NCBI GenBank assembly: GCA_044868555.1
Contig: JBIOWO010000253.1
Span: 2,009 to 66,008 of the forward strand
Direction: 5' to 3'
Source: Lacipirellulaceae bacterium
GTDB lineage: Bacteria > Planctomycetota > Planctomycetia > Pirellulales > Lacipirellulaceae
Length of the DNA stretch: 64,000 nucleotides
Shown in pieces: positions 26,966 through 37,732 of the stretch. Position 1 is the first letter of the stretch; each line of letters opens with the position of its first letter. A program made the translations under genes and the position numbers. The notes beneath the pieces were generated by a model. That model made no database searches and was not told the DNA's origin. It saw only the letters and a program-made list of their open reading frames with translations.

Positions 26966-27841
26966 ATGGACCGATTTCGCTTTGCTCTACCGCTGTTTTC
27001 GTTGGCCGCGCTCCTGGCGTTTGTCGTGGAGTCGGCATCCGCTCAGTGCGGTCGTAAAACGCTGATGCAATGGAGCTACGGCACCAGCTTCGAGGGCGGC
27101 CCCGATCTCGATGAGCCACTGGTGACCGACCGCCCGGATTTCACCGAGTCGTCCGTCACCGTCGGGCTCGGCGTAACCCAGGTTGAAATGGGTTACACAT
27201 ATACCTACGACTCCGACAACGCCAGCAGCTCGCGTCAGCACTCCTATCCCGAAACTTTGTTTCGCCTGGGAAGGCTGGCCGACTGGTTCGAGTTCCGGCT
27301 CGATTGGAACGTCGGCGGACTCCAGGAAAACGAATTTGGCGGCACGTTTGACTCCGCCACAGGCGCCGAAGACCTCGGTATCGGGTGCAAGATCGCCCTC
27401 ACGCCGCAGGAATGTATCCTGCCGGAAACGGCAATCATCCTCGAGATGAGCGTGCCGACTGGCGACGATGAGTTCACCGCCGACGAAGTGCTGCCCGGCT
27501 TTTCCTATTGCTACGGTTGGACAATCAATGACCGCTGGGAAACCGGCGCGCTCACCGGATTGCATCGGCAAGTCGACGATGACACGAACGACCCCTACGT
27601 CGAATTTGAGCAGTCCTGGACCCTCGTCCGCAGTTGGACGGACCATGTCAGCAGCTACAGCGAATGGTACTGTCTTGTCCCCTGTAGCGCGGATACCAAT
27701 CACACGCAGCAGTACTTCGACGGCGGCTTCTCCGTGCTGCTGAGCGACGATGTCCAATGGGACATCCGCGCCGGAGTCGGCCTCAACGAAGCCGCCGACG
27801 ACTACTTCGTCGGCTCCGGTTTGTCAGTGCGCTTTAAGTAG
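26966..27841 (+). CDS. outer-membrane beta-barrel protein (MetA-pathway/transporter-like family)
   Basis: Signal peptide present. TDRPDFTESS motif, alternating beta-strand pattern and a terminal aromatic residue. Confidence 0.7.
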   Translation: MDRFRFALPLFSLAALLAFVVESASAQCGRKTLMQWSYGTSFEGGPDLDEPLVTDRPDFTESSVTVGLGVTQVEMGYTYTYDSDNASSSRQHSYPETLFRLGRLADWFEFRLDWNVGGLQENEFGGTFDSATGAEDLGIGCKIALTPQECILPETAIILEMSVPTGDDEFTADEVLPGFSYCYGWTINDRWETGALTGLHRQVDDDTNDPYVEFEQSWTLVRSWTDHVSSYSEWYCLVPCSADTNHTQQYFDGGFSVLLSDDVQWDIRAGVGLNEAADDYFVGSGLSVRFK

Positions 27842-27897
27842 GTCCCGCGAGCCGTGCCGGACGAGGCGTTCGAAGTGCTCCGTCTCCCCGGCCCTTT

Positions 27898-28575
27898 TCA
27901 CGACTTCTTTTGTAAGGCGTAAATGATCCCGCCGGCAGCGAGCCCAACTATCGCGCCGACCGCCGCGGGCACGATCGCAGCGTCCCTGCCTTCAACGAGT
28001 GGCCTGCCATTCAGCACTGCGGTGCCACCAGCGACTATGGCGCCGCCAAGCATGCCCCAAAGTGGCGCAAGCTGTTTCAGAGGCGACGGAGATCCTGCAA
28101 GATCAAGTTTCTCGTCCCATCCCAACTCCTTTAGTCGCGCAAGCTTGCGAGAGCGGAACAGCATGCTGAGGCCAATGCAGTAGGTGCGATTCTTGCATAC
28201 GAGGTCGTACGTGCCCCAAAACCCGTAGTGAATTCGCTCAATTGCAGCGCGCGGAACGACAATCGTATTGTTTTCAGTGTCGACTTCCATTCCGTTGATC
28301 TTAACAACGACCTTGGGCTCAAATCGCACCAAAAAAGGGTACGGCCTGTGCTTTAGAAACTCGTCGAAGTCTTCCAGGGTCGCATCGTATACATGAACGT
28401 CGTCCGTATCGGCGAGGCCCTTAGGAGTTCGCGCGCCAATATGGAGAACGAATGCATCTCGTGATGCGATGACCATGCCGAGAAAATTTCCCCGGATGAG
28501 TCCTGGGCGGACTTGAAACGTGCTGCCGATAACTTCTGTTTCGGACACCAGGTTGCTTTGGTCCATGTAAGTCAT
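27898..28575 (-). CDS. hypothetical membrane protein (Gly-zipper C-terminal helices)
   Basis: 225-aa ORF in AT-richer DNA. The C-terminus reads GMLGGAIVAGGTAV...AAVGAIVGLAAGGIIYAL. Confidence 0.55.
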   Translation of the reverse strand: MTYMDQSNLVSETEVIGSTFQVRPGLIRGNFLGMVIASRDAFVLHIGARTPKGLADTDDVHVYDATLEDFDEFLKHRPYPFLVRFEPKVVVKINGMEVDTENNTIVVPRAAIERIHYGFWGTYDLVCKNRTYCIGLSMLFRSRKLARLKELGWDEKLDLAGSPSPLKQLAPLWGMLGGAIVAGGTAVLNGRPLVEGRDAAIVPAAVGAIVGLAAGGIIYALQKKS

Positions 28576-28687
28576 GATTTGATCATATTTCCGTAATGAC
28601 CAAATGCAAGTGGTTGGCCACCAACGGGACGGCGAGAACTGGGCGTACTATTGGACGCGGGGACAAGTGCCGCTCGGCTAGCGGCAC

Positions 28688-30124
28688 CTACAACACCGGC
28701 GCCATCAGCCGCGCGATCCGCACCGCCACGTGGAACCAGAACCCGCGCGCCGCGAACGCCTCGGCCGTGTCCAGCCGGCACTTGCTGAAATCCTCCTCGA
28801 GCATCTTCGCCACCTGCGCCGCAAACGGCTCATCGGCAAACAGCACCATCATCTCGAAATTGAGCCGCGTCGAGCGATTGTCGAAGTTCGCCGTACCCAC
28901 CGACGCGAAATCATCGTCCACCAGGATCACCTTGTGGTGCATGAATCCCGGCTCGTAGCGATAAAACTTCACGCCCGTCGGCTCGCACTCCTCGATGAAC
29001 GAAAACGCCGCCAGGTAGACCATCTTGTGATCCGGCCGCTCCGGCAGCATGATCCGCACGTCGACGCCGCGCAGCGCGGCCAACTGCAACGCGGCAATCA
29101 GCGGCCCATCGGGCACAAAGTACGGACTCGCGATCCACAGTCGCCGCCGCGCCGCGTTGATCGAATGCACGAAGAACAGCTCGCACGTCTCCAAGTCGTC
29201 CGACGGCCCCGACGCCAACACCAGCGCATTCTGGTTTTCCCCTTCCGCGGGTCGCGGGGCCCATTCCAATTCCGGCACGTCCCCCGTCGCCCAGTGCCAA
29301 TCCTCGACAAACGCAAACTGAATCGCCTCCACGACCGGCCCGGTCACTTCCACGGCTGAATCACGCCACGGGCCAAATCGCAGATTCTGGCCCAAGTACT
29401 CGTCGCCCACGTTCATGCCGCCGACGTACGCCACGCGACCGTCCACCAGCACGATCTTGCGATGATTGCGAAAGTTGATCTGAAACCGATTGCGGAGGCC
29501 GCGCGACGTGCGGAACGGCAAGATCAACACGCCGGCCTCCGTCAACTCGCGCCGATACGTCTTCGGCAAGTAGTAACAACCGATCTCATCGTACAACACG
29601 TACACCCGCACCCCCGAGCGGGCCTTCGCTTCCAGTCGCGACTTCAGTTCCTTGCCGATGCTGTCATCTCGAATAATGTAGAACTGCACGAGGATATATT
29701 CCGTCGCCGACTCGATGCCCGCGAACATCGCATCGAACGCCGCTCGCCCGTCGATCAGGAGGTTGGCATCGTTGTGGCTCGTGAACGGCATCTTTGGAAA
29801 CTGTTCCAACGCGCGATAACTCGGATCGACTTCATCGGTCCGCACCCGGAACAGGCGCATCTTCTTCTCCAGCGCCCGCGCGATATGGTCGATCTGCGAG
29901 TCGCCCGCCCTCCGCGCCCGCACGTAGCCTTGAAACTTCCCCCGCCCAAAAGCCAGATAGACGGGCAGCACGACATAGGGAAACGTGACCAGCCAACTGG
30001 CCCACGCGACCGCCCCTTGCGGCGTCCGCGAATACAACAGCGCATGGACCGCCGCTGCCATCCCCGCCATGTGCAGGCACAGCACCACCAGGCCGATCAA
30101 CTCCCAAACCGCCGTAGTAAACAT
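28688..30124 (-). CDS. cls: cardiolipin synthase
   Basis: Two HKD motifs (HRKIVLVDGRVAYVGGMNVGDEY; HHKVILVDDDFASVGTANFDNRS) and N-terminal TM helices. Confidence 0.95.
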   Translation of the reverse strand: MFTTAVWELIGLVVLCLHMAGMAAAVHALLYSRTPQGAVAWASWLVTFPYVVLPVYLAFGRGKFQGYVRARRAGDSQIDHIARALEKKMRLFRVRTDEVDPSYRALEQFPKMPFTSHNDANLLIDGRAAFDAMFAGIESATEYILVQFYIIRDDSIGKELKSRLEAKARSGVRVYVLYDEIGCYYLPKTYRRELTEAGVLILPFRTSRGLRNRFQINFRNHRKIVLVDGRVAYVGGMNVGDEYLGQNLRFGPWRDSAVEVTGPVVEAIQFAFVEDWHWATGDVPELEWAPRPAEGENQNALVLASGPSDDLETCELFFVHSINAARRRLWIASPYFVPDGPLIAALQLAALRGVDVRIMLPERPDHKMVYLAAFSFIEECEPTGVKFYRYEPGFMHHKVILVDDDFASVGTANFDNRSTRLNFEMMVLFADEPFAAQVAKMLEEDFSKCRLDTAEAFAARGFWFHVAVRIARLMAPVL

Positions 30125-30200
30125 GATTCAGCGATCATCCGTGCCGCCAGCCGAGTTGTCAAATCGCCTCCGCCACACAAGAATGAGAGAATCGAAACGG

Positions 30201-30231
30201 GTAGGGTGGGTCGAGTCTCACGAGACCCACC
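30201..30231. repeat. palindromic repeat ggtgggtcgagtctcacgagacccacc
   Basis: Same family as 24246-24277. Confidence 0.85.
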
Positions 30232-30279
30232 GTTCAACGTCCAGAATCGAGCATCCAACATCTAGCATCCAGACCGCCC

Positions 30280-30771
30280 ATGTCCCTCACCATCATGCGC
30301 CGCATCAAGTTCTGTGCCGGCCACCGGCTGCATCGCCACGGCGGCAAATGTGAGTTCTTCCACGGCCACAACTACACGGCCGACTTCTACGTCACCGGCA
30401 CCGAGGTCGACGCCGTCGGCCGCGTTATCGACTTCGCCGTGCTCAAAGGCCTCTTCAAAGGCTGGCTCGACGAACACTGGGACCACGGCTTCGTCCTCAG
30501 CGCGGAAGACGAAAACGGCCTGGCCGCCGTGAAGCTCGTCGAGCCGTGCAAGTTCTACGTGTTGCCGTATAACCCCACCGCCGAGAACATGGCCACGTAT
30601 CTGCTGCACGAAGTCTGCCCGCAGCTGCTCGCCAAAACCGGCGTCACCGCCACGAAAGTCGTAATCTGGGAAACCGACGAGTCGTTCGCCGAAGCGGCCC
30701 TCTCGCCCGGCGACCCCGGCTACCAGCAGATCGACAATTCAATCGCCACAGAAAGAAGCTGGCTAACCTGA
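30280..30771 (+). CDS. queD: 6-carboxytetrahydropterin synthase
   Basis: FCAGHRL..HGHNY motif of the PTPS/QueD family. Confidence 0.88.
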   Translation: MSLTIMRRIKFCAGHRLHRHGGKCEFFHGHNYTADFYVTGTEVDAVGRVIDFAVLKGLFKGWLDEHWDHGFVLSAEDENGLAAVKLVEPCKFYVLPYNPTAENMATYLLHEVCPQLLAKTGVTATKVVIWETDESFAEAALSPGDPGYQQIDNSIATERSWLT

Positions 30772-30889
30772 CGCTCACTCCCAAAACGCTCGCGTCGCCC
30801 ATCGCTTGCGGTTTAGCTGGTAGCAACCGGGTGCCGTATCTATGATGAAAGTGTCACGACAAGTTACCATTTAACCGAGTCATCCACCG

Positions 30890-32422
30890 ATGAAACATCA
30901 TACTTTCCTTCTCTTGCTGACATTTTGCCTGGCCGCCGCCACTTCATTGGCACAAGACCCCCCCGCAAAAACCGACGACAAGAAAGACGACAAAAAGGCC
31001 GAAGAGCTCGTCGACAAGATCTCAAAGACCGAACACTCCGCCACGATCAACGGCAAGGAAATCAAATACACCGCCACCGCCGGCACGCTCGTCATGAAGA
31101 ATGACGAGGGCAAACCGAAGGCCACCATCTTTTTCATCGCCTACACCAAGAACGGCGTCGACGATCTCGCCCAGCGGCCGATCACGTTCGCCTTCAACGG
31201 CGGGCCCGGCTCGTCGAGTGTCTGGCTCCACCTCGGCATGCTCGGGCCCAAGCGCGTCAAGCTGCCCGACGATGCTTCGCCGGTGCCGCCCCCGTACGAA
31301 TTGACCGCCAACCCCCACTCGCTGCTCGACATCACCGACCTCGTGTTCATCGACCCCGTGAGCACCGGCTTCAGCCGACCGGCCAAGGGCGAAGAGGACG
31401 ACCAGTTCCACGGCTACGAGGAGGACCTCCGCAGCGTCGGCCAGTTTATCCACGATTACGTCACCAAATACGGCCGCTGGCGTTCGCCCAAGTTCCTGAT
31501 CGGCGAGAGTTACGGCGGCCTCCGCGCGGCGGGACTTTCCGGCCACCTCCGCGAGCGGTACAACATGCCCCTCAACGGCGTCCTCATGGTCTCGCCGGCG
31601 ATCAACTTCCAGGCGCTCGGCTTTTCGCCGGGCAACGATCTGCCGTTCGTCCTGTTTGTCCCGAGCTATGCCGCCACCGCCTGGTATCACAAGGCCCTGC
31701 CCGGCGACCTGCAAGCTCTGACCCTCGATGAAGTTGTCAAGCAGGCAACCGATTTCGCCCTCAACGAATACACGCTGGCCATGATGAAAGGCCAATCGCT
31801 CAGCGACGAGGAGCGAAACGCGATTGCCGAGAAGCTCGCCCGCTTTACAGGCCTGTCCAAAGAATACGTGCTGAACGCGAACCTGCGTATTTCCATGGGG
31901 CGCTTCGGCAAGGAACTGCTCCGCGGCCGCGGCCGCACCATCGGCCGCTACGACAGCCGTTACACCGGCATCGACGCCGACAGCGCCGGCGAAGGCGCTG
32001 AATACGATCCCAGTGGCGAGACCATTTTCGGCCCATTCACGGCCACGATCAACGACTACCTCCGCAACGAGCTGAAAGTCGACGACGACGATCACGTCTA
32101 CGAGATTCTTACCGGCGCGGTGCAACCGTGGAATTACGGCCGGCAAGCGCGATCTCCCGACGCCTCCAACACGCTCCGTCAAACCATGTCGGCCATCCCC
32201 TTCATGAAACTCTTCGTCGCCGCCGGCCACTACGACCTGGCCACGCCGCCGGCCACGTCGCGCTACAGCGTCGAGCACATGCGCCTTCCGCAGCACCTGC
32301 AAAAGAACATCAACTTCCACACCTACGAAGGCGGACACATGATGTACGTCTACGAGCCATCGATGAAACAACTCCGCAAAGACATCGAAGCGTTCTACGA
32401 ATCGGCGCTGAAACGCGAGTAA
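30890..32422 (+). CDS. peptidase S10 (serine carboxypeptidase family), secreted
   Basis: Signal peptide present. FNGGPGSSSVWLHLG and the catalytic GESYGG. Confidence 0.88.
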   Translation: MKHHTFLLLLTFCLAAATSLAQDPPAKTDDKKDDKKAEELVDKISKTEHSATINGKEIKYTATAGTLVMKNDEGKPKATIFFIAYTKNGVDDLAQRPITFAFNGGPGSSSVWLHLGMLGPKRVKLPDDASPVPPPYELTANPHSLLDITDLVFIDPVSTGFSRPAKGEEDDQFHGYEEDLRSVGQFIHDYVTKYGRWRSPKFLIGESYGGLRAAGLSGHLRERYNMPLNGVLMVSPAINFQALGFSPGNDLPFVLFVPSYAATAWYHKALPGDLQALTLDEVVKQATDFALNEYTLAMMKGQSLSDEERNAIAEKLARFTGLSKEYVLNANLRISMGRFGKELLRGRGRTIGRYDSRYTGIDADSAGEGAEYDPSGETIFGPFTATINDYLRNELKVDDDDHVYEILTGAVQPWNYGRQARSPDASNTLRQTMSAIPFMKLFVAAGHYDLATPPATSRYSVEHMRLPQHLQKNINFHTYEGGHMMYVYEPSMKQLRKDIEAFYESALKRE

Positions 32423-32424
32423 TA

Positions 32425-32463
32425 AACCCTCTCCCGGTCCCGGTGAGGGACCGGGAGAGGGTT
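32425..32463. repeat. perfect 17-bp-stem hairpin aaccctctcccggtccc-ggtga-gggaccgggagagggtt
   Basis: It starts 3 nt after the stop codon. An identical 39-mer is at 35376-35414. Confidence 0.9.
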
Positions 32464-32515
32464 GGTGCCGTGTGCCGTGTGCCGTAACCGCAGAGGCCGT
32501 GGCATGACAGCGGTC

Positions 32516-32546
32516 CTACGGTGGGTCGAGTTCCACGAGACCCACC
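32516..32546. repeat. palindromic repeat ggtgggtcgagttccacgagacccacc
   Basis: Same family as 24246-24277. Confidence 0.85.
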
Positions 32547-32568
32547 AAGGCGTTATCATCACCGGTAA

Positions 32569-34260
32569 ATGCCCGACGCCGACATCCCCAATTCCCCGTC
32601 GCTCTTCGCCACCACGCTCAACGAGTGCCGCGAGCTCTACGTCTCCAGCGGCCGGCTCTGTGTCCATGAATTTCCCGACCGCATCTCCCCCGCGGGCGAC
32701 AAATTCGTCGAGCTCATGGACGACCTGCACCGGGCCCTCGTGCTCAAGACGTACGTCGCCGTCTGTGAGGCCGACCGCAAGTGGTCCAGCGAAGAACGCT
32801 ACCTGGCGGAAACGCTGTTCCACCATCTGTGGGGCCAGCGGCTCACGGGCGACGACCTTCGCACCGCCGCCAAGCGGGCCGCCGCCGATTCCGGCAAATT
32901 GAAATGGTACGCCCTCGTCCGGCCGTTCGACCAGATCGTCCCCCTCCGCGACCGGATCGGCACGCTCGAATCGCTCGTCATGCGCCTGGCCAACATCATC
33001 GCCCGCGCCGACGGCCAGCTCAACGAGCGGGAAGCGGGCGTCATCAAGTCGATTCAAGAGGAGCTGCAGCGCCATCTGCGCCCGGTGCCGATCGACGAAC
33101 CCACCCAGCACGAGGAAGCCAACGCCACCAGCCAGCAGGCGATCGCCTCGATGAAGAATGATGCCAACGATATCTACGCGGCAACACGCCCGGATGGGGG
33201 CAAGGAGCTGGGAGCACGGAGCAAGGGGCAGGGGGTTGGAAGCGCAACTCCCCGCTCCCCGCTCCAGGCTCCATGCTTAGACGACGCCCTCGCCGAGCTC
33301 GACGGCCTCATCGGCCTCGATCGGATCAAAGACGAAATTCGCACGCTCACCAACTACCTCAAGCTGCAACAGCGGCGCGGCGCCGCCGGCCTGCCCGATA
33401 CCGAGATCAGCCTGCACATGGTCTTCACCGGCAACCCCGGCACCGGCAAAACAACGGTCGCCCGCATCGTTGGCAAGATCCTCGGCGCGATGGGCATCCT
33501 CAAAAAGGGCCACCTCGTCGAGACCGACCGTTCCGGCCTGGTCGCCGAATTCATGGGCCAGACCGGCCCGAAGACGCAGAAGAAAATCGATGAAGCGCTC
33601 GACGGCGTGCTGTTCATCGACGAAGCCTACAGCCTGGCCTCGCACGAAAGCCAGGACGCCTTCGGCGGCGAAGCGGTCCAGGCACTGCTCAAGCGGGCCG
33701 AAGACGACCGCGAGCGGCTCGTCGTGATCCTGGCCGGCTATCCCGACGAAATGGACACGATGCTCAAGTCCAATCCGGGCCTGTCGTCGCGCTTCAACCG
33801 CATCCTCCACTTCGACGATTACTCGCCGCTGGAGCTGGCCCGCATCTTCGCGTTTCTCTGCGACAAGAACCACTACAAGCTGGCCGCTCTCACACGGGCC
33901 AAGCTGATGCTCGGCCTCACCGAGCTGCATCGCATCCGCGACCATCACTTCGGCAACGGCCGCGCCGTCCGCAACCTGTTCGAGCAGGCCATCCGCCGCC
34001 TGGCCAATCGCATCGTAAACATCCGCGAGCTCTCCCAAGAGCAGCTCATGCTCCTGGAGCACGAGGACATCCACCTGGACGGCCTGCCGCAAGGCACGGT
34101 GCTCGACGCGGCCGACGACGGCCCCTGGCGATATCGCGTCCATTGCCCCGGCTGCAAACACACGACCAAAGCCCGCGGTTCCTTCCTCGGCCAAAAAGTC
34201 CGTTGCAACAAATGCAACCACGAATTCGCCGCCGACTGGGGCGAACCGATCCCAAAGTAG
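32569..34260 (+). CDS. AAA+ ATPase (CbbX/SpoVK-type) with TerB-like N-domain and C-terminal zinc ribbon
   Basis: Walker A GNPGTGKTT and Walker B VLFIDEAYSL. N-terminal ARADGQLNEREAGVIKSIQEEL is TerB-like. C-terminal CPGC...CNKC. Confidence 0.88.
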   Translation: MPDADIPNSPSLFATTLNECRELYVSSGRLCVHEFPDRISPAGDKFVELMDDLHRALVLKTYVAVCEADRKWSSEERYLAETLFHHLWGQRLTGDDLRTAAKRAAADSGKLKWYALVRPFDQIVPLRDRIGTLESLVMRLANIIARADGQLNEREAGVIKSIQEELQRHLRPVPIDEPTQHEEANATSQQAIASMKNDANDIYAATRPDGGKELGARSKGQGVGSATPRSPLQAPCLDDALAELDGLIGLDRIKDEIRTLTNYLKLQQRRGAAGLPDTEISLHMVFTGNPGTGKTTVARIVGKILGAMGILKKGHLVETDRSGLVAEFMGQTGPKTQKKIDEALDGVLFIDEAYSLASHESQDAFGGEAVQALLKRAEDDRERLVVILAGYPDEMDTMLKSNPGLSSRFNRILHFDDYSPLELARIFAFLCDKNHYKLAALTRAKLMLGLTELHRIRDHHFGNGRAVRNLFEQAIRRLANRIVNIRELSQEQLMLLEHEDIHLDGLPQGTVLDAADDGPWRYRVHCPGCKHTTKARGSFLGQKVRCNKCNHEFAADWGEPIPK

Positions 34261-34325
34261 TAGGCACCGGGGCACCCGGCCGCCGGGTCGGCGTGCCGTA
34301 ACCGCCGCGGAATTAACTGGTTCGC

Positions 34326-34355
34326 GTAGGGTGTGCTGAGTTCGCGAGACCCACC
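34326..34355. repeat. degenerate copy of the ggtgggtcgag...gacccacc repeat
   Basis: cgtagggtgtgctgagttcgcgagacccacc. Confidence 0.7.
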
Positions 34356-34362
34356 ACCCGCG

Positions 34363-35325
34363 TTACTCAGCCTTCAGCTTCTCAATCAAAAACTTGCGAA
34401 TCGTCGCATAGCTCCAGCCATCGCCATCCGCATACGCCACAACGACCTCGACCCCGGCCTGCTGCATTTTCTCCGCGAGCTTGATTCCATAAATCGCCGT
34501 ATGCGTTGGGTCGGGCTGCCGCGTGCCCACGGTCGGTGGTTGCTTGTCCTTGGAGTAGTACAGCAGCACCGGCGGGTCATCGTTCGTCACCAGCTCGATC
34601 GGCGAGTATTCCCGAATCATCGGCAACAGCCTCTCGCGGTTCTCCAGGAGCAGCGCGAACTCCTCCGGCCGCGTGCGCCCCTCACTCCGAAATCCGAACG
34701 CATGGCCTCCGTACTCGGCGTTCGGAATCCACTCCTTGAGCTCCTTCGGGTCCAGCGACGTCTGTGCCACTTCAACACCCGCGCAGGCCAGCCGTGTCGA
34801 TTCGCGGGAGATTGGATCGCTGTTGTTCGGGTCGGCCAGGTCATCGTGGAACGCCAGCCACAACGAAGTGCAGGCGCCCGCCGATCCGCCCGTCGCGCCG
34901 ATCCGCGTCGGATCGACGTTCCATTCCTTCGCCTTCGCCCGAATGGTCTGCACCGCCCGCGCCGCATCGAGCACGCATGCCTTCACCGGCGGATCGATGC
35001 CTTGTTTCATCGCCTGATCGATAAAGCGATAGTTGATCCGCGCCACCGAGACGCCCGCATCCAAGTACGGCTGAATGAACTCGGGCAGGTACGAGCCCTT
35101 ATCGCCACGAATCCAAGCCCCGCCATGGATCATCACTACCACCGGCGTCGGCCGATCGGACTCCGCCTTCCAAAAATCGAGCTTCTGCCGCTCCGATTCC
35201 TTCCCATACGCATAATCGGCAACGGTCGGCATTCGCCGCTCATCGACCGATTCCCCGCGTTGCTGCGCCGCACCGTTCGCGGTCAAAACCAACAGCAGAC
35301 AAACACCGGCAACATTCCGCCACAT
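34363..35325 (-). CDS. alpha/beta hydrolase (esterase/lipase-like), secreted
   Basis: Signal peptide present. HGGAW oxyanion motif and the nucleophile elbow GGSAGA. Confidence 0.85.
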   Translation of the reverse strand: MWRNVAGVCLLLVLTANGAAQQRGESVDERRMPTVADYAYGKESERQKLDFWKAESDRPTPVVVMIHGGAWIRGDKGSYLPEFIQPYLDAGVSVARINYRFIDQAMKQGIDPPVKACVLDAARAVQTIRAKAKEWNVDPTRIGATGGSAGACTSLWLAFHDDLADPNNSDPISRESTRLACAGVEVAQTSLDPKELKEWIPNAEYGGHAFGFRSEGRTRPEEFALLLENRERLLPMIREYSPIELVTNDDPPVLLYYSKDKQPPTVGTRQPDPTHTAIYGIKLAEKMQQAGVEVVVAYADGDGWSYATIRKFLIEKLKAE

Positions 35326-35375
35326 CGCGCGCCTCGCAAGCTAATGCATTTCCATTTTGAGTGTAGCGGATAATC

Positions 35376-35633
35376 AACCCTCTCCCGGTCCCGGTGAGGG
35401 ACCGGGAGAGGGTTCTTACCCGCTACACGGTTGCCGGAAATGTTCTAACGGCCACTCATCTTCAGCCACCCGCCCGGCATCGTCAAGTTTTTCCGGCGAC
35501 TGGATACTAAACCCTCTCCCTCCGGGAGAGGGCAGGGTGAGGGTTCTTCCGTCTCCCTTCCCTTCACGCGGAACTCGATTACGTCCCTCTTCTGTCTCCC
35601 TCCCCTTCGACGGGGAGGGACTAAGGGAGGGGT
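35376..35633. repeat. cluster of three related G/C-rich hairpin repeats
   Basis: 35376-35414 is identical to 32425-32463. The others are 35509-35545 (aaaccctctccctccgggagagggcagggtgagggtt) and 35590-35633 (ctccctcccc..ggggaggga). Confidence 0.85.
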
Positions 35634-35687
35634 TATCGCCTGCGTGCCACTCGCCGCGGCGAGTGGCAGCCGCGCACCAATCGCATA

Positions 35688-36959
35688 TTACTCGGAAACT
35701 ATTTGACTGCCTTTCCGGAGCACGAGTTCCAGATAAACATCCTTGTCGATTGTCTCGCTAATCGAGTCCACGTGAGCGTCGGCGTAGGCGTGATTCACCA
35801 CGCTAGGATGCCGGCTGCTAGGTCCCCAAATACGCGCTCCTCCGCCGTGCGGACTTATCGGCTGATAATACTTGTCCGGGTTGTTGCCCTGTGGGTCACC
35901 CTTATTCAACGCGATGTCGCATTTTGTTGTGTCGTCGCACGTCCAAGTAAAACGGCCCGGTGCGAATTCCCGACCCGCCGGATCAACTCCGTTGGGCGGC
36001 GGCATGACCGCCACCACGTAGGATGCGAGCCCACTGTACCAACTGGTCAGATTCTCTTCGCGGCTTTCCGTTATTAGTGCGACCTTCGATGTCCCCTTAG
36101 AGAAATGCTTGAAGCTCAGCCCTCTTGTTTGAACCTTTCCCTCGACGACGCCGGGGAACGGCAAACCGCCATTTCCGCAATGAGCGCCACTCGTGCAGTC
36201 CTGCCCACCCGCGTTGGACCCAGCCGCGCTCGGCACTCCGCTTTCCAAATGATGGCTGGGACTCGTCCGATAGTGGGTCGCCGCGAGCGCGACGTAGTTG
36301 CCCACCGCCACCTTCGAATCCGGTATGCCGCCAAACGAGATTACTTCCTCTTCGCCGGGAAAGCTCGGGCATACAAACGACGATATTCTCGTCGACCAGT
36401 AATAGGGACTGCTGGGTGTCGCAGTCGCTTCCCAATTCCAATTGCTCGACAGCGCAAACGCCGCGTCCGCTAGCCTGCCAGATCGCGGGACAGGCGTTTC
36501 TCGGGCGGATGTCATTTTCTCGTAAAGCGTGTTTTCTTCCATAAATGGCAAGCACTGGGCCATCCAGCTGTATCCGTCGCCCTGCTGGCCGGCCGTCCAA
36601 TTTTCCGGCGCTTCCGCACTCGGCGATGCTGCGCCAACCGCCCCATATTTCTGAATACCCTCCTCTGCGACAAGCGGCGACGTGGAGGCCAGCGGCAAAA
36701 CTCCTCGTGTCTCTTGATGATTCTGAATCGCGATCGTCAACTGCTTGAGATTGTTCATGCACTGATTGCGCCGAGCCGCCTCGCGAGAGGTTCTTACCGA
36801 CGGTAATAACAATGCAAACAGGACGCCGATAATCGCAATAACCACCAGGAGTTCGACAAGGGTTAGCGCTTTGCGCTCGAGTTTATTCACTGGCCGGCCA
36901 TTATCGCCGCGCAGCTCGACGCGGGCGAAAGTTCGCCTCGGTTCGGCTTCTGTATCCAT
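35688..36959 (-). CDS. DUF1559 domain protein with prepilin-type N-terminal methylation motif
   Basis: [44 protein letters not shown]. The ATG at 36959 is preceded by GGAGGG. The C-terminus is of the H-x-DGS type. Confidence 0.88.
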   Translation of the reverse strand: MDTEAEPRRTFARVELRGDNGRPVNKLERKALTLVELLVVIAIIGVLFALLLPSVRTSREAARRNQCMNNLKQLTIAIQNHQETRGVLPLASTSPLVAEEGIQKYGAVGAASPSAEAPENWTAGQQGDGYSWMAQCLPFMEENTLYEKMTSARETPVPRSGRLADAAFALSSNWNWEATATPSSPYYWSTRISSFVCPSFPGEEEVISFGGIPDSKVAVGNYVALAATHYRTSPSHHLESGVPSAAGSNAGGQDCTSGAHCGNGGLPFPGVVEGKVQTRGLSFKHFSKGTSKVALITESREENLTSWYSGLASYVVAVMPPPNGVDPAGREFAPGRFTWTCDDTTKCDIALNKGDPQGNNPDKYYQPISPHGGGARIWGPSSRHPSVVNHAYADAHVDSISETIDKDVYLELVLRKGSQIVSE

Positions 36960-37009
36960 GGCAATCCCTCCTGCAGGAAAAGAAAAGGAAGATGAGATCG
37001 ACAAACGTA

Positions 37010-37732
37010 TCATCGTGCAATAATTTCCATCGCCGGCAACTGCAATTTGATAGGCGCGGGCACTGAACGACGTTCGCCGGTCATCCGCCCTCCCACCAAT
37101 CGCCCACGGAGCGCAACCGTAAGCTCGAAAGCCGCCAGCGGAACCACCCAACTGGCCCACGAAGCGAGAGGATAAGCCCAACTATCTCCGACACCGGTCA
37201 CCGTCGCCAGCCCACCGATGATCCTGAGAACTACCGCCGAACATAACAACAGATACGAGCGAAACATCCACCGACGATGTTCGGCAAATCGCCGTTTCAC
37301 GGCGGCTCGCCATCCGAGCAGCACACTCATTCCGGTGGCGATCCCGAGCACGAAAAACCCAATGGCGGCGTACGTCCCCGTTTGAGCGTAGTAAGCCATC
37401 CACAAGCCGCTCGGACAAAGCAGCAATATGACAAGTGCCGCTTGGACTTTTCCCAACGAGCGATGCGACATCGGAAATCGCTTCCGAAACTCATCGCTGA
37501 CGAGAATCAATCCAAGTAGGAGCGAGGCGGGGCCGGAGAAAATATGCGTATAGAACGCCCATCGGTAAGCGCCGAAAAAATAAGTTTGCCGTCCGCGCAG
37601 AAAATCCGAATCAAAATTGGGCGGGAAGTATGCGCGATAGCCGAGAATCACGCTCAACGTGACTTTGACAATCAAGACGACTGCCAGCAGCATCAATACA
37701 CGTTTCAGAACCGTTGAGCGAGAGTTTTGCAT
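37010..37732 (-). CDS. polytopic membrane protein (DUF2306-like)
   Basis: Six or more hydrophobic helices. The family assignment is tentative. Confidence 0.65.
   Translation of the reverse strand: MQNSRSTVLKRVLMLLAVVLIVKVTLSVILGYRAYFPPNFDSDFLRGRQTYFFGAYRWAFYTHIFSGPASLLLGLILVSDEFRKRFPMSHRSLGKVQAALVILLLCPSGLWMAYYAQTGTYAAIGFFVLGIATGMSVLLGWRAAVKRRFAEHRRWMFRSYLLLCSAVVLRIIGGLATVTGVGDSWAYPLASWASWVVPLAAFELTVALRGRLVGGRMTGERRSVPAPIKLQLPAMEIIAR

Noticed and set aside
30125-30279. preQ1 riboswitch upstream of queD
   Set aside because: No preQ1-I/II-like conserved core was seen. The region is occupied by a member of the ggtgggtcgag palindromic repeat family.
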